A stretch of 64,000 nucleotides of DNA from Octopus vulgaris (GCA_951406725.2 OX597826.1:3968001-4032000); one strand, 5' to 3'; positions 1-12,279 are shown, counted from the stretch's first letter. Notes: generated from the sequence alone by a model not told the origin. Made by a program: numbers and translations.

Positions 1-250
1 TAGTAGCAGCAGCAGCTATAGTAGTGCAGCAACAGAACCACTACAAGCACCAGCTGTAGTAGTAGTAGTAGTAGTAGGAGGAGGAGGAGGAGGAGGAGAA
101 GGTGGAGGAGGAGGAGGAGGAGGAGAGATTGTGGTAGTAGTAGCAACAGTTCTTTTAGTAGCTACAGCAGAGCTAGCACCAGTAGTAGTAGTAACAGCAG
201 CAGCAGCAGCAGTAGTTGTAGTAGTAGTAGTTGTAGTAGTAGCAGCAGCA
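1..250. repeat. Compound trinucleotide microsatellite (GTA/GCA/GGA)n
   Basis: Runs of gtagtagta, gcagcagca and ggaggagga are visible directly. Confidence 0.95.
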
Positions 251-608
251 GTTCTTTTCGGATCATCAACATCAGCAGTAGTAAATTTGGTAGGGGGTGT
301 GTTGGGGTTTGTGATATTGACGACGATGTTAATCAGCATCATGATATTTCAAATTGCCTCCCATCCACCTGGTGTGTATGCATGAACGTTTAAACATGCA
401 AAGAAGCCCTGTAAACGCATCTTCCTTAATTTGTCGATCCCAGTATAAAAGAAATGGTGGAATTATTGCAAGGTTGCTAGAATCGCTTCTTAATCCTCAT
501 TAATTTCATAAGCTGAATCATCGCCCTTTGGGCGGTCATTCAGGATATTACTTATTTAAAATCCTATTCGTAATTTGAAAGTAAAAAGTGACATTTACTA
601 CAATTTTC

Positions 609-2855
609 TTAAAGAATTTCCTTATGGAATACGTTGGGACTGTGGGTTGCTTTCATACCCTTATACCCTGAATCCAATGCTAATATATGCACATTATTCC
701 CAGAACCAAAGCCAATATATGCACAGAACAAAAACAAATATATGTTATTGTTCCCAGAACCAAACAGGGATTCAGATATCTCAGTCCACTTTGGGTTGAT
801 TGTCATAGTGATGAAGTAGTCTGGCTTTCCAAACTCTCTCACCAGAGCCATTCCAGCTTGGAAAAACCGAGGATAACTAGCATGTGATGGCGGAAGAATA
901 ATTTTAGACCCTACATTACTCATGTCACCAATTGCAATATCACCCAGAAGGCCCTGGTTCTTTTCAGCCTAAAGTTGATTCTGATGATTTCTCAGGACGT
1001 GTAATCAATCTTGCTCTATCTTTGCATATTGATCTACTGTCTATTGTTGCATCAGACGTTTACTTTTCATTGCACTCGTCTTTCTTACCTGAAGCCGGTA
1101 AGAATGAAAGTCACATTCTGAGATGTTTTTGCTTCGGTCATTGTCTTTCAAGAGCACATTCCAGCCATCTTCCCCATAGGGAAACAGAAGTACATAATGA
1201 AGAGGGTCATAGCTTCTGTGAATTTGACTAATATAGTCTAACTTCCCCCTTTGCTCTTTCTGTACTGCACCACGACATCCGCAGTTTTAACGTTTGTTTT
1301 ATTGGTATCATCTCCCACCATGATCAAAGCTACTCCTGGTGCCCTCGGTGGATTATAGGTTTTCTCATGTGACCCAGCAGAAATAATCCTTTTTTCATGA
1401 CTTGTAATAATATCAGCAGTAGAACATTTTTTGGTGTAGAGCATTCCTTAATTATATCAATGCTTTTGGAATATGAATTGTGCATAAGCAGTGCTCTCTG
1501 TAAGTCTAGCAGGAGGTTCTCATTGAGGTCATTGTCATCTCCTTTGAATGACAACCTGTTTCTACTCTCATTTTCAGTGTCAACGAAATATAGTTGTGCG
1601 TAGACTGGTTACCTATTTACTGTTCGTAGAAGACTTCCTATGCGGTGGTACAACTTTCCTTGTATCTTGAAAGTAGGCATAAAAGTTTACCAATCTGTGG
1701 TTTAACTGGTGGATTATCCAGTCCAATGAAGCCATAAGCCAGTAAATTATTGTAGTCACGAATTCTCTTCAGAAATATTTGACCTCATAGATTAATATCA
1801 TAGTATTTAGCTATTAATTCTTGTGGCTTTATTTATCTGTGGAACTTTGTCATCGCCAATTTTTTCCTTTGCCACAGCTGGCAGAAACGTTAGCAGACCG
1901 GGCGAAATGCTTAGCGGTATTTCGTCTGCCGTTACGTTCTGAATTCAAATTCCGCCGAGGTCGACTTTGCCTTTCGTCCTTTCGGGTGATTAAATTAAGA
2001 ACCAGTTACGCTCTGGGGTCGATGTAATCGACTTAATCCCTTTGTCTGTCCTTGTTTGTCTCCACTATGTTTATCCACTCGTGGGCAATAAAGAAATAAG
2101 AGGGTAGTTTTCTCAGCACTCCAAATGTAAGCTTTGCAGTCAAGGCATGTTCTGTTAACAATGCTCCCACAGTACTGCCACATAAGGCATGGTTTTCGTT
2201 CTTTGTTATGCAAATCTACCACATTAACTTCCATAGCCATTCTCTCAGTGTCAATTCTTTGCCGACGAAGTCTCAATTGGTATGTTGCCTGGTTGTTTGC
2301 TTGTCGCTGTTGAATTTGTGGCAGCGACGTGTTTTCCCTAGAATCCTCTTTCCACAGCCGATCAGTATTTGTCCGTGATTCTGTTTCTTGTGGTGTTTCC
2401 ATTGCACTTCTTTCCCGTGCCCTCAGCCGATTCACATTCCTCCATGATTCTCTTTTTGCAGGTCTTTCCATTGTACGGGGTTCATGTCTTCCCATACGAT
2501 TTGCATACCTCCCTGTTTCCGAATCTTCTCGTCTTTCCAATGCACAGGTTTCCTGTCTCCTCTGCCGATCTGCATCTCTCCGTGCTTCTGCTTCTTCTGG
2601 TGTTTCAATTGCATGGGTTTCTTGCATTCTCCTTCGCTTTATTTCGAGACACTGAGAAGAGCTAGGTCTTTGTCTGTTGTCTTCGCTCAGCAATCTTTTG
2701 TGAACGCTAACTTTTACGGGACAGGTGTTTGCTCTTTCTTTTTCTGGGAACAGTGCACTGTTGAAAGCGTGAGTATTTATGACAATTATACCGTGTATGT
2801 TTCGAGACGATTCAGCTAGTATTCGAACTAATTTCTCTGAACGGGAAGTTTTCAC
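609..2855 (-). pseudogene. Helitron RepHel N-terminal/Rep region, fragmented by stops, frameshifts and a SINE
   Basis: 23-aa ETPEE-type repeats; CLDCKAYIWSAEK (zinc-finger-like); MPTFKIQGKLYHRIGSLL (1621-1680) followed by PVYAQLYFVDT; LQRALLMHNSYSKS; HEKTYNPPRAPGVALIMVG; GSKIILPPSH...MALVREFGKPDYFITMTINPKWTEI (Helitron Rep motif 1 region, consensus GKPDLFITFTCNPKWPEI). Confidence 0.9.
1871..2100 (+). mobile_element. tRNA-derived SINE family A, inserted in the Helitron ORF
   Basis: AGCTGGCAGAAACGTTAGC head, B-box-like GAATTCAAATTCC, body GAGGTCGACTTTGCCTTTC, tail ...AATAAAGAAATAAG. Many homologous copies occur in the window. Confidence 0.85.
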
Positions 2856-2893
2856 GGTATTAATTGTAAATATTTACCTTGAGTATTTATTTA

Positions 2894-3298
2894 CAATTAC
2901 ACGACTCTCGCTAAATGGTATTTTAAAGTGCGATTTTTATGTTGTTGAATTGCTCTAAACGAATTTCCTCATAAAAATGCCGAAAATTTAGTACTTTTTA
3001 AGGTAGTGATTAAAATAAATTTTCATGCAGTCAAACGTATAAAGTTTCCGAAATTTTCATACATTTTACATCTGCTATTTCAGACGATAGTACTTTCAGT
3101 AACAGATTCAAACACGCAACGGCATAAACAGGCATGAGAATAACTCCGACGGCCGACGGCATGAAATAGGTCTGACAAATTTTATTATCGTAAAAAGATA
3201 CTAAATTTCCAAAATTTTGATGATCAAATTCGTTTAGAGCAATTCAGTATCATAAAAATCGCACTTTAAGATAGTTTTTAGCGAGTATGACGTAACTG
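2894..3298. mobile_element. MITE with ~110-bp imperfect TIRs and TA flanks (Tc1/mariner-like)
   Basis: Left CAATTAC..CTCGCTAAA..TTAAAGTGCGATTTTTATG..TGAATTGCTCTAAACGAATTT matches the reverse complement of ~3190-3298; TA at 2892-2893 and 3299-3300. Confidence 0.75.
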
Positions 3299-3460
3299 TA
3301 TTTATCACCGAAGACAGACAATTAGTTTTTTTTTACAAAATAACACCGATAGAAACAGTGGAAAGAACGCAACCGGTTAAGAGAGAATTTAATAAAAGAA
3401 GTAGTAAATATGTGTGTTTGAGAGAGAGGTAACATTATGTGAGAGAGTAAGTTCAATACG

Positions 3461-3530
<70 letters not shown>

Positions 3531-3533
<3 letters not shown>

Positions 3534-3810
3534 CAAAACGGGACAAGAACGCACAACATTCAAATAGGCGATACAAAAAGAAGGGACGGGTCATTCGAAG
3601 CCTCTAATCTTCAGTCAAGAACCGGATCATCCTCGCAATTTCAGCTGATTACGCTTGAGATTGCTCCAATCTGGCCAGCCCCAAGGAAAAACTAAGCTAC
3701 AAGCATTAGATTTCTTGGATAAAGGATCGAATGTATACGAAACAAGGACATAATAACGGACGATGTTACACGAATATAAATACAAAGAAACAAAAAATAA
3801 TAAGTATATA
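3531..3810. repeat. Interspersed non-coding repeat between (TA)n runs; second copy at ~32990-33315 in opposite orientation
   Basis: Shared blocks GACGGGTCATTCGAAG / CTTCGAATGACCCGT and CGAATGTATAC / GTATACATTCG. Both copies are flanked by (TA)n. Confidence 0.65.
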
Positions 3811-3811
3811 A

Positions 3812-3863
<52 letters not shown>

Positions 3864-4329
3864 GAGAGAGAAACATCAAAGTAACACCGAAGGAGACATG
3901 GAAAACCGGTTAAGAGAGAGTGAATTATGAGAGGTAACATTGTTTGCGATTCTAGCAATTACCACTCCTCAAACTACAGCTTTCAATAAGAGAAAGAGGT
4001 AGTAAGCGTGAGGAATAGTAGGAGAGTCACTGAATAGCAAGAGAGGGGTTTATTCGTTTTGTCGGATTTTACCAGACCGGAATCCCTTATATATGACAAC
4101 ACTTTCCAGCTACCCACGATTCCTCAAGCCAAGTTTGGTCGAAATCGGTCCACTGGCTGCGGAGGAGTTTGGTAACAAAATTCTGACACAGACACACACA
4201 CAGACGTAAATAGCGCAATTATAGTGTATATATATTCCTAAATCAATATGGGAATTTCTTCTCCTCTTCATTAATTGAAAATTATGACAATTATTTGACT
4301 CCCACAAAACTCACTGGAGAGTCGTCTCG

Positions 4330-5330
4330 TATAAATAAAGGAAACATTATTTCTTCCTATATAAGCCCTTTAGAACTGGCAGTTTGATACTGCTTAAGCC
4401 TGTGGGGGCAACATCAACCTCCCTTCGATATTTTTGTGTTCTTAAAACAGGGCACTCATGAGAGACGTTATTTCAGGACAAATACTGCAGTTACTGGCCT
4501 ATCAACAGTGTATTTGAATTTAGCATGGTAGCTTGCTGTCTGTTTTGATTTAATACTGCTTCAATTACGCATACCGGATTAAGTATCACATATAAGTTCG
4601 AGCGCAATAGCTTCTCATACATATCTCATCATTTCTGATGCTTCATTCCAATAGATAAGGCTATATTCTTGAATTATTATTATTGTCAACTTGTTGACGA
4701 AAGCAATACTACAAAAAAGATCTGTCAATAAGAATTGGAATATGGACTTTAGGAGTATTGTTCTTAAAAGGATACAGCAAATTCTGATAATTCCAGAGTA
4801 AGAACAGATTGACAGAAATCAACATCAAATCAATAATTGTTAGGTATTTACGTTGAGACAGTGATTGTTTGTAGACCTTGGTGATTAGAGCTTCTGTACT
4901 TCATGTATTTCAATCAGTCGCAGTATATGGTTTATCTTATTTGAAGATCATCAATATATGACAGTGAGTCCAAGTAGACTACTTTTCTTCTAGATATCAA
5001 TTTGGTTAAACTAAACATTTGACGTATCTTCATAATATCTTAGCAATACTTTTAACTTTAAATTGAATAGTCTGGTAATCAAGCCTAACAGCTCGTTAGT
5101 ATTTCATGCACTTCTTTTGACCAAACTGGACTGTATGGGATTGTAAGAGACAGATCTGGTTTCCCATAGCGGCGATCAGAGTTCATCGAGTTATGTAAAA
5201 GTATTTTATCGGACAGGATTATATGAAAGTAGACAGAATCACAACATGTTACCAGTACTCACATTATGAGGCTAATTTTGCATTTAGTCCGTCAAGGATT
5301 GGAAAATTTGGACGGTAAGCTTTTTCTGAC
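4330..5330 (-). pseudogene. Possible very old LINE reverse transcriptase remnant
   Basis: Weak collinear minus-strand motifs EKAYRP..., NPIQSSLVKR (cf. PxQxGF) and KISKGG*CCP (cf. KxxGGLGxP). Heavily interrupted. Confidence 0.3.
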
Positions 5331-5509
5331 AATTTCAAACACTCTGAAACCGCCCCTTTAGCCTTACAAATGCTCTCGACAATATATGCTAATGGTAATC
5401 TTCCATTTTCCTCCCGACTGAAACACTTCAAAACCATAGAGCCGATGCATTTCTGTATAAATAGTAATCAGTCAGCGTTATATTCTCTTTCTTTCTTTCT
5501 TTTTGGTAA

Positions 5510-5722
5510 TTACTGGTTTCAAATTTTGAGACAAGGCCAGAAAGTTCGGTGGAGCGAGGCAGTCAGTTATATTGACCCTAGTGTTGAATTGTTACTTATT
5601 TAATCAATCCCGAAAGGATGAAAAGCGAAGCCATCCTTGGCGGCATTTGAACTCAGAAAGTCAAGACGGACAAAATGCCGCGTAGCGTTTTGCGTGGCGT
5701 GCTAACGATTCTGCCAGCTCAC
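5510..5722 (-). mobile_element. SINE family A (diverged)
   Basis: CCCGAAAGGATGAAAAGCGAAG...GCATTTGAACTCAGAA...GCTAACGATTCTGCCAGCTC is the reverse of the family A body and head. Confidence 0.8.
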
Positions 5723-6139
5723 CATCTTTTACTTTTATGCAAGTATTCAAACTGGTGTCAATCAGAGAGATCTTTCTTTCGCCTGTTGAATGAAAGAAAG
5801 AAATATAATGTGTCATAATACAGAATCGGTTGGCTGATTCACAGGAAATCTTAATCACGTTTATGTAAAACAATGCCATTTTATCCAGCAATATTTGCTC
5901 GTGCACATTGAAGAACAAATGTTTTCTTAAGAAATGTTAGACATCAATTTTCGCGGAGAGTGAAACAGTAACTAATGCAAGAATAGCATATCACATTTAC
6001 TAGGTGAGATGACGTGTGGTATGCGTGTGTTGAAGCAGTCACTGTGTTCATAAAAGGGACAAGTTTCTCAATTCAAATGTACCCTCGACGTTAAGGTCGA
6101 GAGTATATTTAAATTTTATACATTTCCATTTTATACATT

Positions 6140-6350
6140 TTACTGGTTACTTGCCTCAGTCATTGGACTGTGGCCATGCTTGGACACTGATTAGAAGGCG
6201 AATGAACCGACCAGAAAACATATGTTTGTTTTGTTTTTATTATGGTACTTTTTTCTATCTTCCCTTTTGCCACACTGCTAAGTTATTGTGACGTAAACAA
6301 ACCAAAATTGGATTCAAGCTGTGGGGCATGACAAATACATAAACACATAA

Positions 6351-6382
<32 letters not shown>

Positions 6383-6880
6383 ATATAAGGCGAATGGCCT
6401 AGTGGTTAAGGTGTTGCACTACCGATTGCGAGATCATGGGTTCGATTCCTATACAGGAATTTGCGCTGTGTTCTTCAGCAAAGCACTTCAGTTCACGCTG
6501 CTCTGCGATCATTTCGACATCTCACATGGGGAACTCTTTGGACCTGTTCATGCAATGTCGATCTGATGGAAGGACTGAGCTTATGTCTACACAAACATTT
6601 CATCACTATAAACAAATCATTCGTGTGGTTGTTCGGTAAGAAATTATCGAACCCTCATACGTCGCCTAACGACGACAGAGTCCATCATATATAGAGAGAG
6701 AGAGTGAGAGAGACGACAGGCTTCTACGCAGACTCCATTTACCAAATTCCCGCTCAATGCATTAATTGGATCATGGTTATAGTAAAATGCATTTTCCCAA
6801 AGTGCCGTGCTGTGGGATTGAATCCGAAATCGCGTGGTTGCCAGACGAGCTTCTTAATCACAAACCAGTTTTGCCTCTGT
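6140..6880 (-). mobile_element. SINE family B (diverged), split by a family C SINE in its internal CA/TA microsatellite
   Basis: 3' half at 6140-6350 (CAGTCATTGGACTGTGGCCATGCT) and 5' half at 6710-6880 (GACAGGCTTC...CCAAAGTGCCGTGCTGTGGGATTGAATCCG). Confidence 0.7.
6388..6690 (+). mobile_element. tRNA-derived SINE family C
   Basis: A box TGGCCTAGTGG and B box GGTTCGATTCC, followed by a non-tRNA body (GCAAAGCACTTCAGTTCACG) shared with 29147-29350. Confidence 0.75.
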
Positions 6881-7025
6881 GAAATTGGTCAAAAAATGAT
6901 GTTCAGTCGTGGATTGGTAAAAGTTAATTATGGGTCAGATACAGGGCCTTGAGATCTTTATGTTATGCACCAGCAACATCCCTATATCAAACAGGGTCCC
7001 AATCTTCATTTGCGCTACAACAAAT

Positions 7026-7784
7026 CCTTTCTACTACAGGCACAAAGCCTGAAACTTTGGGGGCAGGAGGGATATCGATGTCATCAACTCCAATGCAGTA
7101 CGTAACTGGTATTTATTTTATCGACTCCAAAAGAATGAAAGGTAAAGTTGACCTCGATGGAATTTGAACTTAGAACGTAAGAACGGACGAAATACCTATT
7201 TCTTTACTGCCCACAAGGGGATACACACAGAGAGGACAAACAAGGACAGACAAATGGATTAAGTCGATTAAATCGACCCCAGTGCGTAACTGGTATTTAT
7301 TTAATCGACCCCGAATGGACGAAAGGCAAAGTCGACCTCGGCGGAATTTGAACACAAAACGTAACGGCAAACGAAATACCTATTTCTTTACTACCCACAA
7401 GGGGCTAAACACAGAGAGGACAAACAAGGACAGACAAACGGATTAAGTCGATTATATCGACCCCAGTACGTAACTGGTACTTATTTAATCGATCCCGAAA
7501 GGATGAAACGCAAAGTCGACTACGGCGGAATTTGAACTCAGAACGTATCGGCAGACGAAATACCTATTTCTATTTCTTTACTACCCACAAGGGGCTAAAC
7601 ACAGAGGAGACAAACAAGGACAGACAAACAGATTAAGTCGATTATATCGATCCCAGTAACTGGTACTTAATTTATCAACCCGAAGGGATGAAAGGCAAAG
7701 TCGATCTCGGCGGAGTTTGAACTCAGAACGTAACGGCAGACGAAATACCGCTAAGCATTTCGCCCGGCGTAACATCTCGCCGCC
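7026..7784 (-). mobile_element. Tandem array of about four SINE family A units, period 184 bp
   Basis: The junction CGAAATAC|CTATTTC recurs at 7196, 7380 and 7564. There is a single head at ~7750-7784. Confidence 0.9.
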
Positions 7785-8449
7785 TCATTTGTCCTACATG
7801 TAATGAAATTTAATGTATCGTTTCAATATTTAGAGCTACTTATTGTTTGTTTTTTTACTTTTGTTTACGTGTATTTTATACACAGCTTTGAAGAACTTTA
7901 TTTTGACTTAAATTTGCTATTAACATCAATACAAACTGTCCAATTATCCGTGAGCTGTACAGATGAGGATACTTATATAGCAAGACGTACGTCTCCAGAT
8001 GATGGAGGAGATAAAATTAAAAAGATAAAATCTCTACATACAAACACTATAGAATATTTAACCTCAGATGAATTTGAACCTTAACCTATACTTCACACTT
8101 AACGTTAATTAAATAGCTCTGCTCCAGAGAAAAAAGACAAAAAGAAAAGAAAGAAATCCATGCTACCCGGCTACAAGAATGACAAATAAAGAAAATAACA
8201 TAAAGATATATTGATTGAATGATACAATACAATATATCAGGTGATTTCTTCGAGTCGCCTTCCCCAACACTGCATTGCGAAATAATATTTGAAGATCAAG
8301 ATCAAAGCGTGACACGAACACACGTACAAACACACACATCTACGCATGCTCACGTACATACAAGCGGTGTTATTTTAGTAATATAGATTTGTCTTGTCTA
8401 CTAAAATCTACTACTATAGATCATAATACTATCGGTGTTAGATGCTATT

Positions 8450-8640
8450 GTTTCTCAGGTCACCAAGGACTGAACAGAATCAGAATCAAAGCTTTTCCGA
8501 AGATGACCACCCAGTTTACTTTCAGCAATGAAACATAGAAACACACTACACTCCATCTCTTTTAATTCCTTTTCATAAGGCGTTAGAGTATAGTTTGAGG
8601 GAGATTTAGCTGTTATTACTAGACTCGTAGAACCCCACAC
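8450..8640 (-). repeat. Diverged interspersed repeat (related pieces at ~13200-13380 and ~13910-14110)
   Basis: TTTGAGGGAGATTTAGCTGTTATT resembles the reverse of AACAGCAGTTAAACCATTTTCAAATCACACCCT and GAATAGAAGCTAAA. Confidence 0.4.
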
Positions 8641-8960
8641 GTTAAGTCATAGATTTGCATGCATATTACTTAACGAAGAAATTATGTCCAATACTCGAGT
8701 TCCAGATGCTTCTGGTCTCTGACCCCTTCTAATTCAGGCCCTGAATATTACAATGTGTGTTGTTGCTACTCGCAGTAGACGTAGCCATTGGTATGCCTGT
8801 TATGAAGATCGATTTGTAACCACGTGGTTTCTAGTGCAGTGCCACCTCACGGCAGCCTTGGTGAGTGTCTTCTGCTATAACACCAGACCGATTAATGAAA
8901 TTGTATGTGAATTTAAAAGATGAGAACTCTGTATATTTGCATGTGTGTGTGTGTGTACGT

Positions 8961-8994
<34 letters not shown>

Positions 8995-9001
8995 CAGCAG
9001 C

Positions 9002-9048
<47 letters not shown>

Positions 9049-9248
9049 CAGTAGTAGTAGCAGCAGTAGCAACAGAGCAGTAGTAATAGTAGTAGTAGTA
9101 GAAGTGGCAGTAGCAGCAGCAACAATGGTAGTAGTAGTTGAGGTTGTTATTGTTGCTGGAGTAGTATTAGCAGTAGTAGTAGTAGTAGTAGTAGTAGTAG
9201 CAGCAGCAGTAGTAGTAGTAGTAGTAGTAGTTGTTGCTGTTGTTGTAT
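8961..9248. repeat. (GTA)n/(GCA)n microsatellite
   Basis: Seen directly. Confidence 0.95.
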
Positions 9249-9921
9249 AGCCACCACCAGTCTAGTTGAATCATTTACAGTGTCGGGGATAAAATGCTTT
9301 ACGGCATTTGTTCCGATTATTTATATTCTGACTCTGAATTACATTAACGTAAGCTTCGTGTCTTTTTTTTTCCCTCGCTCTGCGGTCGATTGGAAATAAA
9401 GTACCAATGAACTACTGATAAACTAACGAAGAGGTTGATGACATATTAAATCGGCGATCTGGCGAAATCGTTAGAACGTCCGTCAGCATGCTTGGCGCCA
9501 TTTCGTTCGTCTTTACGTTTCTGAATTCAAAGTCCACCGATGTCCACTTCGCTTTTCTTCCCTTCGCGGTCGATTAAATAAATACCAGTTGAGCACTGGT
9601 CTGATGTAATCGACTAGCATCCTCCATAAAAAAAAGAAAAAAGCAATCAAGCCATGCGCCTATTGCAGAAACGACTGCTGTAACTCTATTATCCAGCGTG
9701 CATTTCTTTTCGTTTAAGAAGGATATTCATCTGCTATTTCCGGTTGGGAAAACAACAACCGAAAACGCTCCACCAAAGACTTCGAGAATCATTGGTTGAG
9801 TTTTCATGGATTTTTAAGTAGTTCATGGCCCATTCTCAGAACATAGAATACTGAAAACGCTAATTCTTCAATGAGAATGAAAACTGGGTTAGCGCTGGGT
9901 TTTTGCTTTTATTCGTCACTA

Positions 9922-10154
9922 CCTATTTCTTTACTACCCACAAGGGGCTAAACACAGAGGGGACAAACAAGGACAGGCAAAGGGATTAAATCGATTACAT
10001 CGACCCCAGTGCGTAACTGCTACTTAATTTATCGACCCCGAAAGGATGAAAGGCAAAGTCGACTTCGGCGGAATTTGAACTCAGAACGTAACGGCAGACG
10101 ACATACGGCTACGCATGTCGCCCGGCGTGATAACGCTTCTGCCAGCTCACCGCC
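9922..10154 (-). mobile_element. SINE family A, full length
   Basis: CTATTTCTTTACTACCCACAAGGGG...CGACCCCGAAAGGATGAAAGGCAAAGTCGAC...TTCTGCCAGCTCACCGCC. Older plus-strand copies lie at ~9270-9670. Confidence 0.9.
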
Positions 10155-10642
10155 TTTTTTATTAGACACTACCATTTGCCCATTGCCTGAACTTTACCCC
10201 ATCGTTAATTGTGCTCTTTCTTACGCGCCTATTGTACGGTTATCTTATTAATTTTACTCCGACTTGAATTTTCTAGAATTAACACACACTCTCTTTCGGT
10301 CGAAGTAGTTAGGTTAATTTATTTCATACTCTTTTTTCGAACGCAGCAAAACTATGTGCCCCCTGATGAATATATTCTCAATTTAATTTTCTCTTCCATC
10401 TGTTATTATTTTTTTTTTTGTAGGAAGTATATTTATCCCACAAATAGCAATTTCAGTGTAATGTCTGACACCATGCCTTCGGGAAATTATTAAGGTTACG
10501 TAAAATTTTTTATCTCAAGTGTTGCTGACAATTACTTTGATTTTCGTCTTTCTGGAGTAGATAGCCACTAGCTTATATATATATATATATATATATATAC
10601 ATTAATTATATTCAGGGCTATTACTACGCTATAGTGAGACTT

Positions 10643-10701
10643 TAAAGTCAAACTACTTCAATAAATGTAGACGGTGCCGTGCAAAATTACTGAAACAGTT
10701 T

Positions 10702-10708
<7 letters not shown>
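10643..10708. repeat. Imperfect palindrome, ~32-bp arms
   Basis: TAAAGTCAAACTacTTCAaTAA..ACGG tg CCGT..TTAcTGAAacAGTTTGACTTTA. Confidence 0.75.
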
Positions 10709-10744
<36 letters not shown>

Positions 10745-10762
10745 TCTGTGTGTGTGTGTGTA

Positions 10763-10870
10763 TGACAATTAGTTGGTGTCATAATAAAAACTCAGAGTTT
10801 CAGATGCTGGGCCTAAAGTTTGCTCCGGCATATCCGAAACTCTGAGTTTTATCATGACATCCAACTGTCA
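10763..10870. repeat. Imperfect palindrome, ~45-bp arms
   Basis: AGTTGG-TGTCAT-ATAAAAACTCAGAGTTTC-GATGCTGG versus CCGGCATATCCGAAACTCTGAGTTTTATCATGACATCCAACT. Confidence 0.85.
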
Positions 10871-10957
10871 CATATTATATTTATAGATAATTTCTTCTGT
10901 TTACATAATATCGAGGTCTCATTCATTCTTTTGTTGTCATATTATCAATAATATATA

Positions 10958-11377
10958 CTCTTTACTCTTTTACTCTTTTATTAGTTTCAGTCATTTGACT
11001 GCGGCCATGCTGGAGCACCGCCTTTAATCGACAACTCGACCCCGGGACTTAATCTTTTGTAAGCCCAGTACTTATTCTATCGGTCTCTTTTGCCGAACCG
11101 CTAAGTAACGGGAACATAAACACACCAGCATCGGTTATCAAGCAATGCTAGGGGGACAAACACAGACACACAAATACACACACGCATATATATATATATA
11201 TATATACATACATACGACGGGCTTCTTTCAGTTTCCGTCTACCAAATCCACTCACAAGGCTTTGGTCGGCCCGAGGCTGTAGTAGAAGACACTTGCCCAA
11301 GGTGCCACGCAGTGGGACTGAACCCGGAACCATGTGGTAGGTAAACAAGCTACTTACCACACAGCCACTCCTGCGCC
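10958..11377 (-). mobile_element. tRNA-derived SINE family B, full length
   Basis: Minus strand reads GGCGCAGGAGTGGCTGTGTGGTAAG (A box), GGTTCAGTCCC (B box), an internal TA/TG microsatellite, then a (AAAAGAGT)n tail. Confidence 0.9.
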
Positions 11378-12229
11378 TATATATATATAAAAATATATTG
11401 GCAGTGACTTCGAATTTTTGTCCAATTAAGATTTCATTGGATAGTTAAAGAATAATGAATTTGTACAAATGTATTGAGTAATACTCCAGTTTAATGTAAA
11501 ATTGTTTTTATTATAAAATTACTGCAAACATTAATATATAGATACATAGATACACACACACGGAAATACATATGTGCAAACGATGCTAGACAACTATATA
11601 TACATAAATGCCTGCACACAAATGAGTTTTGTTGATACGTGTTATAAGATATTAGACAAGGCATGAAGAATTCTATCCAACAAATTTCAAGTTTTATTGA
11701 ACCTCCATCTTGATTTAAGTAACAACCAGCTGCAAAATTATACTGGCAACTATATACTACAAATTCTACTGTTTTACCATTTTCTAGTATGGTTAAGACA
11801 ACCTTATTCCATTCTAGTCAAAGTTCGATACAATATGAGCATTTGAAGTTTCTGTAATTGCAAAAAACGAATTGGTTTGATCGAATACGCTGTTCCGATA
11901 TACTCTGTGGTAGGAGAATGAGAAGATAAATTGCATTTCCTTTACCCATTGACGTAAATGGCGAATGTGCGTTCAGCAAAGATGTTTTCTGTTTTACAGC
12001 TTTATATGCTTAAAATATGTTTTTGCGTGTTTGTGTATGTGTGTGTGTTTTCGTGTGTGTGTGTGCGTGAGAGTGTGTGCATGTGTATGTAAGCGTGTGT
12101 CTGTGTGTGTATGTTTGTATGTGTTTGTATAAAGTGTTTACGTGAGTTGGAGTTGTATGCGCACTTTAGAATTGTGGTAAGGTTTCCTTCTAAAAATATC
12201 TTTAGAAGGGTAAATATATAAATGTTACA

Positions 12230-12246
12230 CACACACACATATATAT

Positions 12247-12279
<33 letters not shown>

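Larger units (their letters stand above)
340..4235 (-). mobile_element. Decayed Helitron (5' part and Rep region) with nested insertions
   Basis: Minus-strand RepHel motifs occur in collinear order (next feature). At ~4090-4235 there is a typical Helitron-type 5' subterminal region (minus: TATACACTATA...CGTCTGTGTGTGTGTCTGTGTC...AACTCCTCCGCAGCCAGTGGACCGATTTCGACCAAACTTGG). Interrupted by a SINE, a MITE and another repeat. Boundaries are approximate; no helicase domain or 3' CTAG end was seen. Confidence 0.75.

Noticed and set aside
3580-3620. CTGAAGA...CGAATGACCCGTC on the minus strand
   Set aside because: GAAT instead of GAAA and poor stems; the second copy at ~33190 lacks the core.
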